DNA of 64,000 nucleotides, taken from positions 13,037 through 77,036 of the forward strand of contig JALXBH010000058.1 of assembly GCA_026991535.1 (NCBI GenBank), read 5' to 3'. Made by a program: the position numbers and the translations under genes. This DNA is from Calditrichia bacterium. Its GTDB lineage: Bacteria > Calditrichota > Calditrichia > Calditrichales > J004. The notes below the pieces were generated by a model. That model saw only the letters and a list, made by a program, of their open reading frames with translations, searched no databases and was not told where the DNA came from. Below are positions 19,906-28,853 of this stretch, one piece after another (positions within the stretch are counted from its first letter, which is position 1; each line of letters starts with the position of its first letter).

Positions 19906-22305
19906 CTACCCCATTTCCACCAGTACTTCATTCACCGTGCCCGCTTTTTGTACCGGAAGGGGATTGCCGCTTTCCCGGCCGTTGAGGCGGACGGATTTAA
20001 CTCCCTTTTCCACATGGGCCGGATTAACCACCCTGATGTGGTAGGTGGCGCCCCGCCATTTGCGGGTAACTTCAAAACCGGGCCAGTCCGCCGGGATGCA
20101 GGGATCAACCGTCAGCCCATGGTAACCGGGACGCAGGCCCAGGATGTATTGTGTGGCCGCTATATAAAACCAGGAAGCCGACCCCGTAAGCCAGGGATGG
20201 CGGGCCTGCCCGTGGCGTTGATGATCCCGGCCCATGATGAACTGGCAATAGGAGTAGGGTTCCGCTTCCCGTATCTCTATTTGATCATTCTGGTTATAGG
20301 GCAAAATGGCATTGTAAAATTTCATGGCCCGCCCGCCGCGCCCCAGCATGCACTCGGCGATAATGGCCCAGGGATTGGGGTGGCTGAATATCGAGGCATT
20401 CTCCTTGATCCCTTTATAGACCCGGGTGACGTAACCGATGTCATCATCGGGGCGGGAATAGGCGGGCCACAGCAAATGCAGGCCGTAGGGGGAATAGAGA
20501 TGTTCATTCACGGCATCCATGCAGGAGGTCGCCCGCTCCTCCCGGGCCACGCCGGAAAAGACAGCCCAGCTCTGGGCATTGAGAAAGAGTTTGCCCTCCC
20601 TGTTGGCGGCCGATCCGATTTTTTGACCTTTCCGGGTAAAGCCGCGGATGTACCAACGGCCGTCCCATAATTGTGCTTCACAGGCCTTTTTTACCTTGCG
20701 GGCCATGGCGCGGTAATGTTCGGCGTCTTCGGTTTGGCCGAGGAATTCAGCCGCCTCAATAAACAGGGTCAGCGCCCAGTGATGCATAAAGGAGACCATG
20801 GCGCTTTCCCCGCCGCCGAGATTCAGACAATCGTTCCAGTCGGCCCGCAGCCCCTGACAAATTCCGTTCAGGCCGATATGCGCGCCCGAAAAGTCAAGGA
20901 TGCGTTTCAGATGCTCGTAAACGCTGCCCCGGCTGCCATCGGCATAGGGCAGGCTCTCTTCAAAAAAGGCCATTTCTCCCTGTTCCTTCACCCAACTGCA
21001 TACCGCCCCGACCAGCCACAGGGCGTCATCGGCACAGACATCTTCCAGGCCATGTATGATCTCATCCGCGGAGGGTGTGGGCACCACGGTCGGTAATTTT
21101 ATTTGGGGCAATTTACGGGTTTCCGGTTCAAAAACGGCCGGGTCAAAAAGATGCAGCCCGTATCCCTCGCGGGTCAAGCCGTTTAAAAGCTGCCTTAATC
21201 GCTGTTTCGTCTTTTGAGGGTGGCTGTGCACCACGCCCATCACATCCTGGGAGGTATCGCGAAACCCCAGCCCTACCCGGCCGCCCACTTCAATGAAGGA
21301 GGCAAAGCGTGACCAGACAACACATGTTTCGGCCTGATACAGGGTCCAGGTGTTGATCATGCTGTTCAGACCGGGATGAGGGGTGCGGCATTGCTGGATG
21401 GAAAGTTTTTCATCCCAGTAGGCTTTCAGACGGCGGAAGGCGGCATCCACCTCCCGGCTGTCGCTGTATTTTTTGCGCATGGTCCGGCCGGACTCCCGGC
21501 GTGAACCAACCCCCAGTATAAAACTTAACCGGCTCTCTTCGCCGGGCGCCAGACGGATTTTTTTATGCAGGGCGCCGCAGTGGTTGCCTCCCAGGGCGCT
21601 GCTGTTTTTCAGTTGTCCGTTTTCAACGCCCAGGGGGTTGCTCTCATCCCGGTAGGCGCCGATAAAGGCATCGCGGACACAGTCATGGCTATCGGCTTCA
21701 AAACTGGCGGTAAAAAAATGATACATCCACGGTTCATAAAAAAAATCGTACTCAATGATACCGTCCTCATAGGAAGAGCCGGCGGCATAGAGACTCATTT
21801 GCAGGTTTTGGTTATCAATTTCTATATGATGAAAGGAAAACTCCACATAGGAAAAGATACTCAGCCGCCGCGGCCGGTCGGTCAGGTTTCTGAGCCGCAC
21901 ATCCCACAGTTCCACATCGTCTTCGAGGGGAACAAACAGCAACTGTTCCGCATCGATTCCTTGGTAGCGGCATTGGAATTTTGAGTAGGAAAGGCCATGC
22001 CGGCAGGTGTAGCGGGCCCGGGTGAAGTCCTTGCCCACCGGTTGCCAGGAGATGGTCCAGAATTCGCCGCTGTCATCATCGCGCAGGTAGACATAATGTC
22101 CCGGACGGTCCAGAGGGACGCCGTTGGGCCGGAAACGGGTGATGCGGTGATGTTCCGGGGTTTTGTAAAAACTGTATCCGCCGGCATTGTGGGATATGAC
22201 GGTACAAAAATCCCTGACCCCGAGATAATTGGTCCACGATACGGGAATGTCGGGACGTTCGATGACATACTCCCGATTGTCATCATCAAAGTATCCATAC
22301 CTCAT
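19906..22305 (-). CDS. GH94 glycoside phosphorylase, N,N'-diacetylchitobiose phosphorylase-like
   Basis: MRYGYFDDDNREYVIERPDIPVSWTNYLG...CTVISHNAGGYSFY...RPGHYVYLRD is the hallmark GH94 (ChbP/cellobiose phosphorylase) N-terminus, and the 800-aa length matches. ATG at 22305 is chosen because the longer ORF would overlap the upstream MFS gene, whose stop is at 22311. Chitobiose specificity is inferred from the N-terminal resemblance and gene context. Confidence 0.85.
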   Translation of the reverse strand: MRYGYFDDDNREYVIERPDIPVSWTNYLGVRDFCTVISHNAGGYSFYKTPEHHRITRFRPNGVPLDRPGHYVYLRDDDSGEFWTISWQPVGKDFTRARYTCRHGLSYSKFQCRYQGIDAEQLLFVPLEDDVELWDVRLRNLTDRPRRLSIFSYVEFSFHHIEIDNQNLQMSLYAAGSSYEDGIIEYDFFYEPWMYHFFTASFEADSHDCVRDAFIGAYRDESNPLGVENGQLKNSSALGGNHCGALHKKIRLAPGEESRLSFILGVGSRRESGRTMRKKYSDSREVDAAFRRLKAYWDEKLSIQQCRTPHPGLNSMINTWTLYQAETCVVWSRFASFIEVGGRVGLGFRDTSQDVMGVVHSHPQKTKQRLRQLLNGLTREGYGLHLFDPAVFEPETRKLPQIKLPTVVPTPSADEIIHGLEDVCADDALWLVGAVCSWVKEQGEMAFFEESLPYADGSRGSVYEHLKRILDFSGAHIGLNGICQGLRADWNDCLNLGGGESAMVSFMHHWALTLFIEAAEFLGQTEDAEHYRAMARKVKKACEAQLWDGRWYIRGFTRKGQKIGSAANREGKLFLNAQSWAVFSGVAREERATSCMDAVNEHLYSPYGLHLLWPAYSRPDDDIGYVTRVYKGIKENASIFSHPNPWAIIAECMLGRGGRAMKFYNAILPYNQNDQIEIREAEPYSYCQFIMGRDHQRHGQARHPWLTGSASWFYIAATQYILGLRPGYHGLTVDPCIPADWPGFEVTRKWRGATYHIRVVNPAHVEKGVKSVRLNGRESGNPLPVQKAGTVNEVLVEMG

Positions 22306-22310
22306 CAGAA

Positions 22311-23663
22311 TTATCCTTCCGTATTGATTTTCTTGAAGGGGACAAAGCGTGAAACAAGAAAAGAGGGGATGGTGGCCACCAGCACCCAAAGGAAAAAGAT
22401 TTTATAGCCCAGCCAGTCACTGATGTAGCCGCTGATCATGGAAGGCAGCATGAAACCCAGATTCATGATAGCCGTGGCAAAGGCGTAATGGGCCATTTTA
22501 TAACGTCCCGGTGCGATTTGATGCATCATAAACAAAATAACGCCGACAAAACCGAATCCATAGCCCAACCATTCGATGCTGATGGCGGTACAGACGATGG
22601 CAAAGCTTTGCGGTTGGGTGAAGGCCAGATAAGCATAGACCGCGTCGGGAACATTAAATATGATGGCCAGGGTAAACAGGGAGGGCTTGAGCCCCTTGCG
22701 CGCCACAAAATAACCGCCGGCAATGGAGCCCAGTACAAAAGCCGCCGCGCCGAACACGCCATAGGCCACGCCGATATCCGCCGTAGCAAGACCCAGACCG
22801 CCGTCAAGACGCGAGGCGCGCATAAAAAGGGGAACGATCTTGGTAAGCTGTCCCTCCGCCGTGCGAAATAGAATGATAAAGGCGATATGCCATAGAATAT
22901 AGCGTTTTCTGAAAAAGGTGGTAACCACGTGGCCAAAGGTTTCGAAGGCTTCCCGGAAACTACCGACCGTCCGCGCGCTGTCGCCCACGGGCAGCATTTT
23001 AAGATGATAGACGGCCAGAAGAATAAGTGTCAACCCGAACAATCCCATGACAATCATCCACGCTTCGGTAATACCCAGCCGGACCTCAAGAATGCCGGCG
23101 ATATAGACCAGCGCGCCCTGTGAAAGCACCTTGGCGATGTTGTAAAACGCCCCCTGCCAGCCCACATAGCGGGCCTGCTGCTGCGGATTCAGGGCGTTTA
23201 TGAATAAACCGTCGGCGGCGATATCGTGGGTGGCGGAATTAAAAGCGATAATGACAAACATGACCAGCGAGTATTTAAGAAACCCCTCCAGCGGCAGGGA
23301 AAGGGCCAGTATGCCAAAAGAAAGACCACCGATAAATTGGGTGGCCACCACAAAGTGTTTCTTGGTTTTAAACATTTCCAGGAGCGGTCCCCAAAGGGGT
23401 TTCAATGTCCACGGCCACATAACCAGGGTGGTGAAAAAGGCAATAAGACTGTCACTGAGTCCCATACTCTTATACATCAGCACCGATACCGTGGCCGTGG
23501 CCACGAAAGGCAGTCCTTCCGAAAAATAGAGTGTGGGAACCCAGGCGGCCGGATGCCGGGCCGGAGAGGTGTTTTTATCCATAACATTACCCTGTTGCCC
23601 ATTGCTTTCCTCAACGGATGGGTTTTGCGGAGCGGGTTGTGTCGAAAGGGCGTTCGTGCTCAA
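22311..23663 (-). CDS. MFS permease, AmpG-like (GlcNAc-disaccharide/muropeptide-type importer)
   Basis: 12 TM segments. YFSEGLPFVATATVSVLMYKSMGLSD...LKPLWGPLLE matches the AmpG-family N-terminal signature (GLP...K.LW.P). Confidence 0.75.
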   Translation of the reverse strand: MSTNALSTQPAPQNPSVEESNGQQGNVMDKNTSPARHPAAWVPTLYFSEGLPFVATATVSVLMYKSMGLSDSLIAFFTTLVMWPWTLKPLWGPLLEMFKTKKHFVVATQFIGGLSFGILALSLPLEGFLKYSLVMFVIIAFNSATHDIAADGLFINALNPQQQARYVGWQGAFYNIAKVLSQGALVYIAGILEVRLGITEAWMIVMGLFGLTLILLAVYHLKMLPVGDSARTVGSFREAFETFGHVVTTFFRKRYILWHIAFIILFRTAEGQLTKIVPLFMRASRLDGGLGLATADIGVAYGVFGAAAFVLGSIAGGYFVARKGLKPSLFTLAIIFNVPDAVYAYLAFTQPQSFAIVCTAISIEWLGYGFGFVGVILFMMHQIAPGRYKMAHYAFATAIMNLGFMLPSMISGYISDWLGYKIFFLWVLVATIPSFLVSRFVPFKKINTEG

Positions 23664-23710
23664 GATGATTCCTGCGGTTCGGTTTAACGGTTGTGAAAAA
23701 CTTTAGAAAT

Positions 23711-23747
23711 AAATCCGGAGATGTTGCCGTAACAGAGCTCCGGATTT
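23711..23747 (-). terminator. candidate terminator after the T9SS beta-helix gene
   Basis: 10-bp perfect stem aaatccggag/ctccggattt. The minus-strand tail atttctaaagttttt is moderately T-rich. Confidence 0.5.
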
Positions 23748-23783
23748 GGTGTCGGCCGCTTCCATGGATTATAAGCGGACTCT

Positions 23784-25433
23784 TTATTTCAGAAACATCA
23801 TTTTGCGGCTGATGCTTTGGGACAGACCCTTTAAACGGTAGTAATAGACGCCGCTGGACAGGTCGCTCATATCCACACGAACGGAATGATAGCCGCTTTT
23901 GGCCGGAACCTGATCCAGAACGGTCTTCACTTTTTGTCCCTGAATATTGAAGATGTCCAGACTGATGTTTCCCGCCTTGTTCAGGCTGAAGGAAATCGTT
24001 GTGGCCGGATTAAAGGGGTTCGGATAGTTCTGATGCAGTTCCATGGTGAGCGGTACCGCCGGGGAGAGCGGGTCTTCCAGCGCGGTAACCACGTATTGGG
24101 ATTCGGGCAGGGGCCAGTCGGGCGTCCAGTTGGCGCTGCCATCCACATAGGTGTATCCGTATCCCCAATAATCCACCGCGGCCGTACCCGTGCGTATTTG
24201 TTCGAAGTAGGTGAGCAGACCGACGCTGCCATCCACATCGGAACCGTTCAGCACATCCGGATCGATCTGATCCATAAAGCCGGGATCGGTATTAGTGTTA
24301 TTGGATTCAACCAGGTTGGGATAGGCGGATTTATCGGCAAACATGGCCACGGTACGCTCATTCATAAATTCAGGGGTGATGATCTTGTTGCTTTGCGTAT
24401 TGTTCCAGTCTGTCCAGAAGTCGGTCAATTCCGAAGGCCAATAATATTGATTGTTTTTAACCTCGATGGTACGCTTGGCCTCAGCCTTGGCCAGGAAGTC
24501 CGCATCATTGGCAAACTCCGGTGCAAAAATGCCGGCATTGGCGGAATCCAGCGGCTGGAAGGCGATAACGCCATAGCTGGAGTCGGGGTACCACAGGTTG
24601 TCCCACCAGGGATTTTCCGTCTGATCCACGCCACCGGCATAAGTGCCGTAAAAAACGTTGTCGTTGATTTTGGCATTGGTCACATTAAAAATAAAGAAGG
24701 GATTCTTAAATGTGTACAGAACCTTATTGTCAATAAATTCAAAATAGGTTTCATAGTACTTGGTTACCGGCGCGGCGGCATAGCCGTTGACGCAAAGCAT
24801 AACATTACCCACCATGCTCAGGGTGTCGGTATAGGCTTCGCCCGGCCATGTGTTGCGTATAACTTCTCCGATATAATGTTGATTGGGATGGACGAAGTTA
24901 CGGAAGGTGTTATTGTTGATAAAAAAGTCGCACCATTGGCCGTTGTATCCGATGGCAAAGGCCTGCCAGCCGTCAAACACACAGTTTTCCACGGTCAGGC
25001 GTACCTTATCGGCCGTAACCGAAATGGCCACACCGTCCCCGTTAACCGAGTTGTCCGCGGCATAGGCCAGCAGATAAACATTCTCTATGGTGACCTGACT
25101 TTCCTCTCCGGCGGCAATCAAAAAGGTTGGCGGAAGGCTAAAATCGGAAAGAATGGCCGGTTGAATGGTCGGGGGCTGACCGGTTTCGGAATCAACCACG
25201 CCTGAAATCCGGATGGGACTTTTCGATAAAATGGCTCCGGTGAATTTGTATGTTTTATCCAGCGAAGTCAGTTTATAAACATCGTGAGCCTGAGCGCCGT
25301 TGGATAAGGTATCCGCCCCGATGACTTCGTTGATATAGCCGTCATCCGCGCTGACGTTCAGGGTGGATTGGGCAAAGGCCATGCCCATGCTGAAAAGAAC
25401 AATTAAAAAACGTATCGATAACATTCGGTTCAT
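23784..25433 (-). CDS. secreted protein with T9SS C-terminal sorting domain; beta-helix-like body, function unknown
   Basis: Signal peptide ...MGMAFAQS. Repetitive N/V/F-rich segments (TIENVYLL, TVENCVFDG, INNNTFRNF, INDNVFYG) typical of a right-handed beta-helix. C-terminus NYPNPFNPATTISFSL...SGVYYYRL...KMMFLK is a T9SS type-A CTD. Confidence 0.7.
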   Translation of the reverse strand: MNRMLSIRFLIVLFSMGMAFAQSTLNVSADDGYINEVIGADTLSNGAQAHDVYKLTSLDKTYKFTGAILSKSPIRISGVVDSETGQPPTIQPAILSDFSLPPTFLIAAGEESQVTIENVYLLAYAADNSVNGDGVAISVTADKVRLTVENCVFDGWQAFAIGYNGQWCDFFINNNTFRNFVHPNQHYIGEVIRNTWPGEAYTDTLSMVGNVMLCVNGYAAAPVTKYYETYFEFIDNKVLYTFKNPFFIFNVTNAKINDNVFYGTYAGGVDQTENPWWDNLWYPDSSYGVIAFQPLDSANAGIFAPEFANDADFLAKAEAKRTIEVKNNQYYWPSELTDFWTDWNNTQSNKIITPEFMNERTVAMFADKSAYPNLVESNNTNTDPGFMDQIDPDVLNGSDVDGSVGLLTYFEQIRTGTAAVDYWGYGYTYVDGSANWTPDWPLPESQYVVTALEDPLSPAVPLTMELHQNYPNPFNPATTISFSLNKAGNISLDIFNIQGQKVKTVLDQVPAKSGYHSVRVDMSDLSSGVYYYRLKGLSQSISRKMMFLK

Positions 25434-25533
25434 AGCACAATCTCCTTGCTAATGGTTAAGTTTTCGGCCTCTGTGTTCTCCTCCTTTCCGTTTTCAGCGG
25501 CCGGTGTTCATTTGGTTGTTGATTCTGTTTATA

Positions 25534-28479
25534 TTACAAATTCCAGCGTAAACCCAATTCCGCGGTTAAGCCGTACTCCTCAATACGCGTTGGCGTGGCG
25601 GGGTAGAGTTGGAGCACGCTTTTATCCCGGGAATAATTTATGTTGCTCAGGTTTCCGTAAAGCTGAAGCGCGAACCAGGGCAGGCCCTGCTTAAAGGATA
25701 AATCCCATCGTTGGTAAGGCGCCGTGTTGGCCCTTTCCTGTTCATTCTGTGTGGCATAAGAAAAGACATCATCGGTATAGAGCATGGAAAGACGGAGCGA
25801 AAAATCCTTGTAGTCATAGCCAATGGTCATATTGAAAATATCTTCCGGCTGGTAGATCAGGCGGTCGGTATAGGCGCTGTCGATAGCGGTGTAGCCGTCC
25901 GCCGCGGGGGTTTGAAAAGGATAGCGCGCCCTGGAAAAGGAGTGTGTGTAATTAACACTCAGCACCAAACCGTTCAGTGGCGCGGGCAAATACCAGAAGT
26001 GGGTTTGCCAGTCGGCCTCAATGCCCCAGTTGTCTATGATAAAGGGATTATTGATATAGGTGCGGATATTGTAGCGCCAGCGAGGGTTCGGTTTTTTTTC
26101 CGGCAGATAATAAGGCTGCGCATCGCGACCGCGCACATAAAACGACCAGGGATAGATGACGTCCCGGATACGTTTAAGAAAAGCGCCGAGGGTAAGAAGT
26201 CCCACCGTATTTTCCGAAAAGGAGAAATTGATATCATAGTTTTCGGACTGTGTCGGTACCAGGTCCGTATTGTTCCATTCGATCACCGGGCTGCCATAGG
26301 CGTCTATTCTGGGAATGATGGCGGTAAAGTCGGGGTAGGCCAATGTCTTGGAATAGGCCAGCCGCAGATCAAACCAGTTGACGGGTTTATATTTAAGATT
26401 GATGCTGGGCAGCACAAAAGGGTGGCTGCGTGATACCGTTGTATCGGTATGATTGTAAAAGTTATAGGAGAAGGTCGTCTGCTGGCCCCGGGCTCCCGTA
26501 TACTCCGTCGTTAAATTTTGATAACGGATACCGGGTATGATTTCCAGTTGATTTCCGATCTGGATAACGGCCATAAGATAGGCGGCTTCGGTGGTCTCGC
26601 TTCCCCGGTAGTTATTGGTGGTGGAAAGGTAATTGTTCCGGGCGAAGGCTTCCGGGGATTGCTCGGTGAAAAGATCGGCGTTGTCCTGAATAAATTTTAC
26701 CAGCGCCGCGGCTTTATCGGCATCCATGGGGTTGGACATTCTAAAATCCCCGTTAAAGGGCTCCTTGTAGTTATAATTCTTATCCAGGAAAAGAGAAAGC
26801 GGAATGGCGTTGGGGTCCCCGTTCCATCCAAAATAATCGGCCACCATTTGGGCGCCGGCCCTGGCGCTGGGCGAGGTAAAAGTGGCATTGGTACCGTAAA
26901 CTTCCGAGCGGTAGCTGTTTTTCTGTTTTTTATATTTCAGCCCCGCTTTTAAGGTGGCGGAAATTAAGGGTGTAAAGCTGAACGGATATTCCATGTCCAG
27001 GGCGGTCATGTAAATTCGATCCGAGGAAAAATTGTCACGGGTCTGTACGGTGTTCAGACGCGTCGCTTCGGGGTCGTTAAATACCGCCCGTGAGATGACG
27101 GCGGGGTCCAGGTTGGCTTTCTCCTCATACTGGTTCAAATTGGCCGGGGATTGAAAAAAAACGACACTCCAGTCATTGGGACTTTTGGTTTCCGAGTAAC
27201 TGTGGGACATTTTCAGGGCCGTCTGTAAATCGCCCCACTTTTGTTCCAGATTGAGAACATTGTGGATCAGGTTTAATGTATTTTTGGAATAATCCAGGCT
27301 ATACAGATGCTGGTTGGCCGCCTGCGGACCGGTGCGGATAAGCAGTGTCTCGTTTCGATCCTCTGTTTCGGTGATGCTGGAGCTTAAAAAATTACTTAGG
27401 TTTATTTTACCGTTGGGTAAACGATAGTCCAGAACCAGGGCGCCGTTATATCTCTGCCGCTCGCGGGGGATATTGTGCAGGAACAGGGCGTCGGTTTTGT
27501 AATCCTTGCGCGACGGATCGGAGTTAAACAAAGAACTGTACCGGGCACTGAATTCATTGGAGGTGAGGTTGCGCTTTTCAATATTGGCCTGAATGAAAAC
27601 GCCGAAGCGATCCTCAAAAAAGCGACCTTCAATACCGGGGGTGATTTTATAGGTCCCGAAATTGTTGCTGTTTGCCAGCGGGACATATCCGTTTTGGATG
27701 GTCAGGTCGTATGAAAGCCGTCCCGGCTGGCGGCCGCGGGCTTCCCTGATCTTGAAATTCACCGAGCCGCCCAACATGTCGGCGTCCTTATCCGCGGTAA
27801 TGGTTTTGGATATTTCGATGCCTTCCAGCATGGTAGAAGAGATCATGCTCAGGTCGGAGCCGCGGTTATCCTTATTCGAAGAGGCCATGCGGATGCCATC
27901 GATGGTGATGGCATTGTATTTGGGAGCCATTCCGCGGATAACCACCTTGTTTCCCTCGCCGCCCTCACGGGTGATGGATACGCCTGGCAGCCGCCGTAGT
28001 GATTCCGCGGCATTGGCGTCGGGCAACTCCCGGATCTGTTTTGCCGAAACCACATTGACAATGGATTGCGCGGATAGCTGTTGGTTAATAGCCGCCATTT
28101 GTCCTTCGGCCTGCACGGAAACGACGATGGCTTCAGTTTCCAGGGCCTCGGGCTCCAGTTCCAGGTTCAGGCGTAAGGTTTGCCCCTCGCTTAGCGTGAG
28201 CGGTTTTTCTATCTCCTTGTAGCCGATGAAAAGCACATGCAGCACATAGGAACCGGCGGGAATGTTCCTGATTTCATAAACGCCGTCCATGTTGGAAGAA
28301 CTGCCCAGGCTGGTACCCTCGATATAGACATTGGCCCCTACCAGAGGTTCATGGTCTGTTTTATCTGAAACAACGCCCATGACCTGGGCCCCGGCGGCAT
28401 AGAGAGCCCCCGGAATGGCGAAAGTCAGCAGGGTATACAAAAGTATTCGGAAAAGGATGTCCCTTTTTTTCATGTGCAT
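25534..28479 (-). CDS. TonB-dependent receptor with CarboxypepD_reg N-domain
   Basis: Start at M54/M56 of the ORF (28479 or 28473), preceded by GGAGAA. Signal peptide ...AIPGALYAAG. VMGVVSDKTDHEPLVGANVYIEGTSLG...GVYEIRNIPAGSY. Plug region (LRRLPGVSITREGGEGNKVVIRGM). Terminal barrel strand ...AELGLRWNL. Confidence 0.85.
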   Translation of the reverse strand: MHMKKRDILFRILLYTLLTFAIPGALYAAGAQVMGVVSDKTDHEPLVGANVYIEGTSLGSSSNMDGVYEIRNIPAGSYVLHVLFIGYKEIEKPLTLSEGQTLRLNLELEPEALETEAIVVSVQAEGQMAAINQQLSAQSIVNVVSAKQIRELPDANAAESLRRLPGVSITREGGEGNKVVIRGMAPKYNAITIDGIRMASSNKDNRGSDLSMISSTMLEGIEISKTITADKDADMLGGSVNFKIREARGRQPGRLSYDLTIQNGYVPLANSNNFGTYKITPGIEGRFFEDRFGVFIQANIEKRNLTSNEFSARYSSLFNSDPSRKDYKTDALFLHNIPRERQRYNGALVLDYRLPNGKINLSNFLSSSITETEDRNETLLIRTGPQAANQHLYSLDYSKNTLNLIHNVLNLEQKWGDLQTALKMSHSYSETKSPNDWSVVFFQSPANLNQYEEKANLDPAVISRAVFNDPEATRLNTVQTRDNFSSDRIYMTALDMEYPFSFTPLISATLKAGLKYKKQKNSYRSEVYGTNATFTSPSARAGAQMVADYFGWNGDPNAIPLSLFLDKNYNYKEPFNGDFRMSNPMDADKAAALVKFIQDNADLFTEQSPEAFARNNYLSTTNNYRGSETTEAAYLMAVIQIGNQLEIIPGIRYQNLTTEYTGARGQQTTFSYNFYNHTDTTVSRSHPFVLPSINLKYKPVNWFDLRLAYSKTLAYPDFTAIIPRIDAYGSPVIEWNNTDLVPTQSENYDINFSFSENTVGLLTLGAFLKRIRDVIYPWSFYVRGRDAQPYYLPEKKPNPRWRYNIRTYINNPFIIDNWGIEADWQTHFWYLPAPLNGLVLSVNYTHSFSRARYPFQTPAADGYTAIDSAYTDRLIYQPEDIFNMTIGYDYKDFSLRLSMLYTDDVFSYATQNEQERANTAPYQRWDLSFKQGLPWFALQLYGNLSNINYSRDKSVLQLYPATPTRIEEYGLTAELGLRWNL

Positions 28480-28625
28480 TCTCCAGTTTTCACCGATAGT
28501 GGCAGGTATTGACAAACAGCGGAATCTTTTATGAATCCGGATTGGGATTATTGGCATCAGACGGTCTGACGCAAGGAGTGTAGTTTTTTGAAGGTGCGGA
28601 TACAAGATAAGAACTGTTGAATAAC

Positions 28626-28637
28626 TGTTAGCTAACA
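28626..28637. promoter_or_regulatory. perfect 12-bp palindrome TGTTAGCTAACA (candidate operator)
   Basis: Read directly at 28626-28637 in the 374-nt divergent region. Preceded by the direct repeat AACTGTT-GAAT-AACTGTT (28612-28629). Confidence 0.3.
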
Positions 28638-28853
28638 ATGGCCGGGCCTTGTGCCATAAGGGCTGATCCGGATAAAAGCGCTTTATGCTAAAACGCCGGG
28701 TTCCGGAAATTAAACCCGTTTATACACGGATAATGAAAAGAGGAGGCATGCTGACCTGACTTTGCCATCCGGAATATTGAGATTGGCTCACAGGTTTTTA
28801 TTTATTGTTATAATCAATATATTAAAGACACCTCTAACAGCGACCAGGCCGAT

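Noticed and set aside
28480-28638. 53-55 codon N-terminal extension of the TonB receptor ORF (the track start at 28638).
   Set aside because: The extension (MLANSYSTVLILYPHLQK...) has no signal-peptide character. A typical signal peptide (MKKRDILFRILLYTLLTFAIPGALYA) begins at M54/M56 with GGAGAA upstream. The extension also contains the palindrome and repeat that look regulatory.
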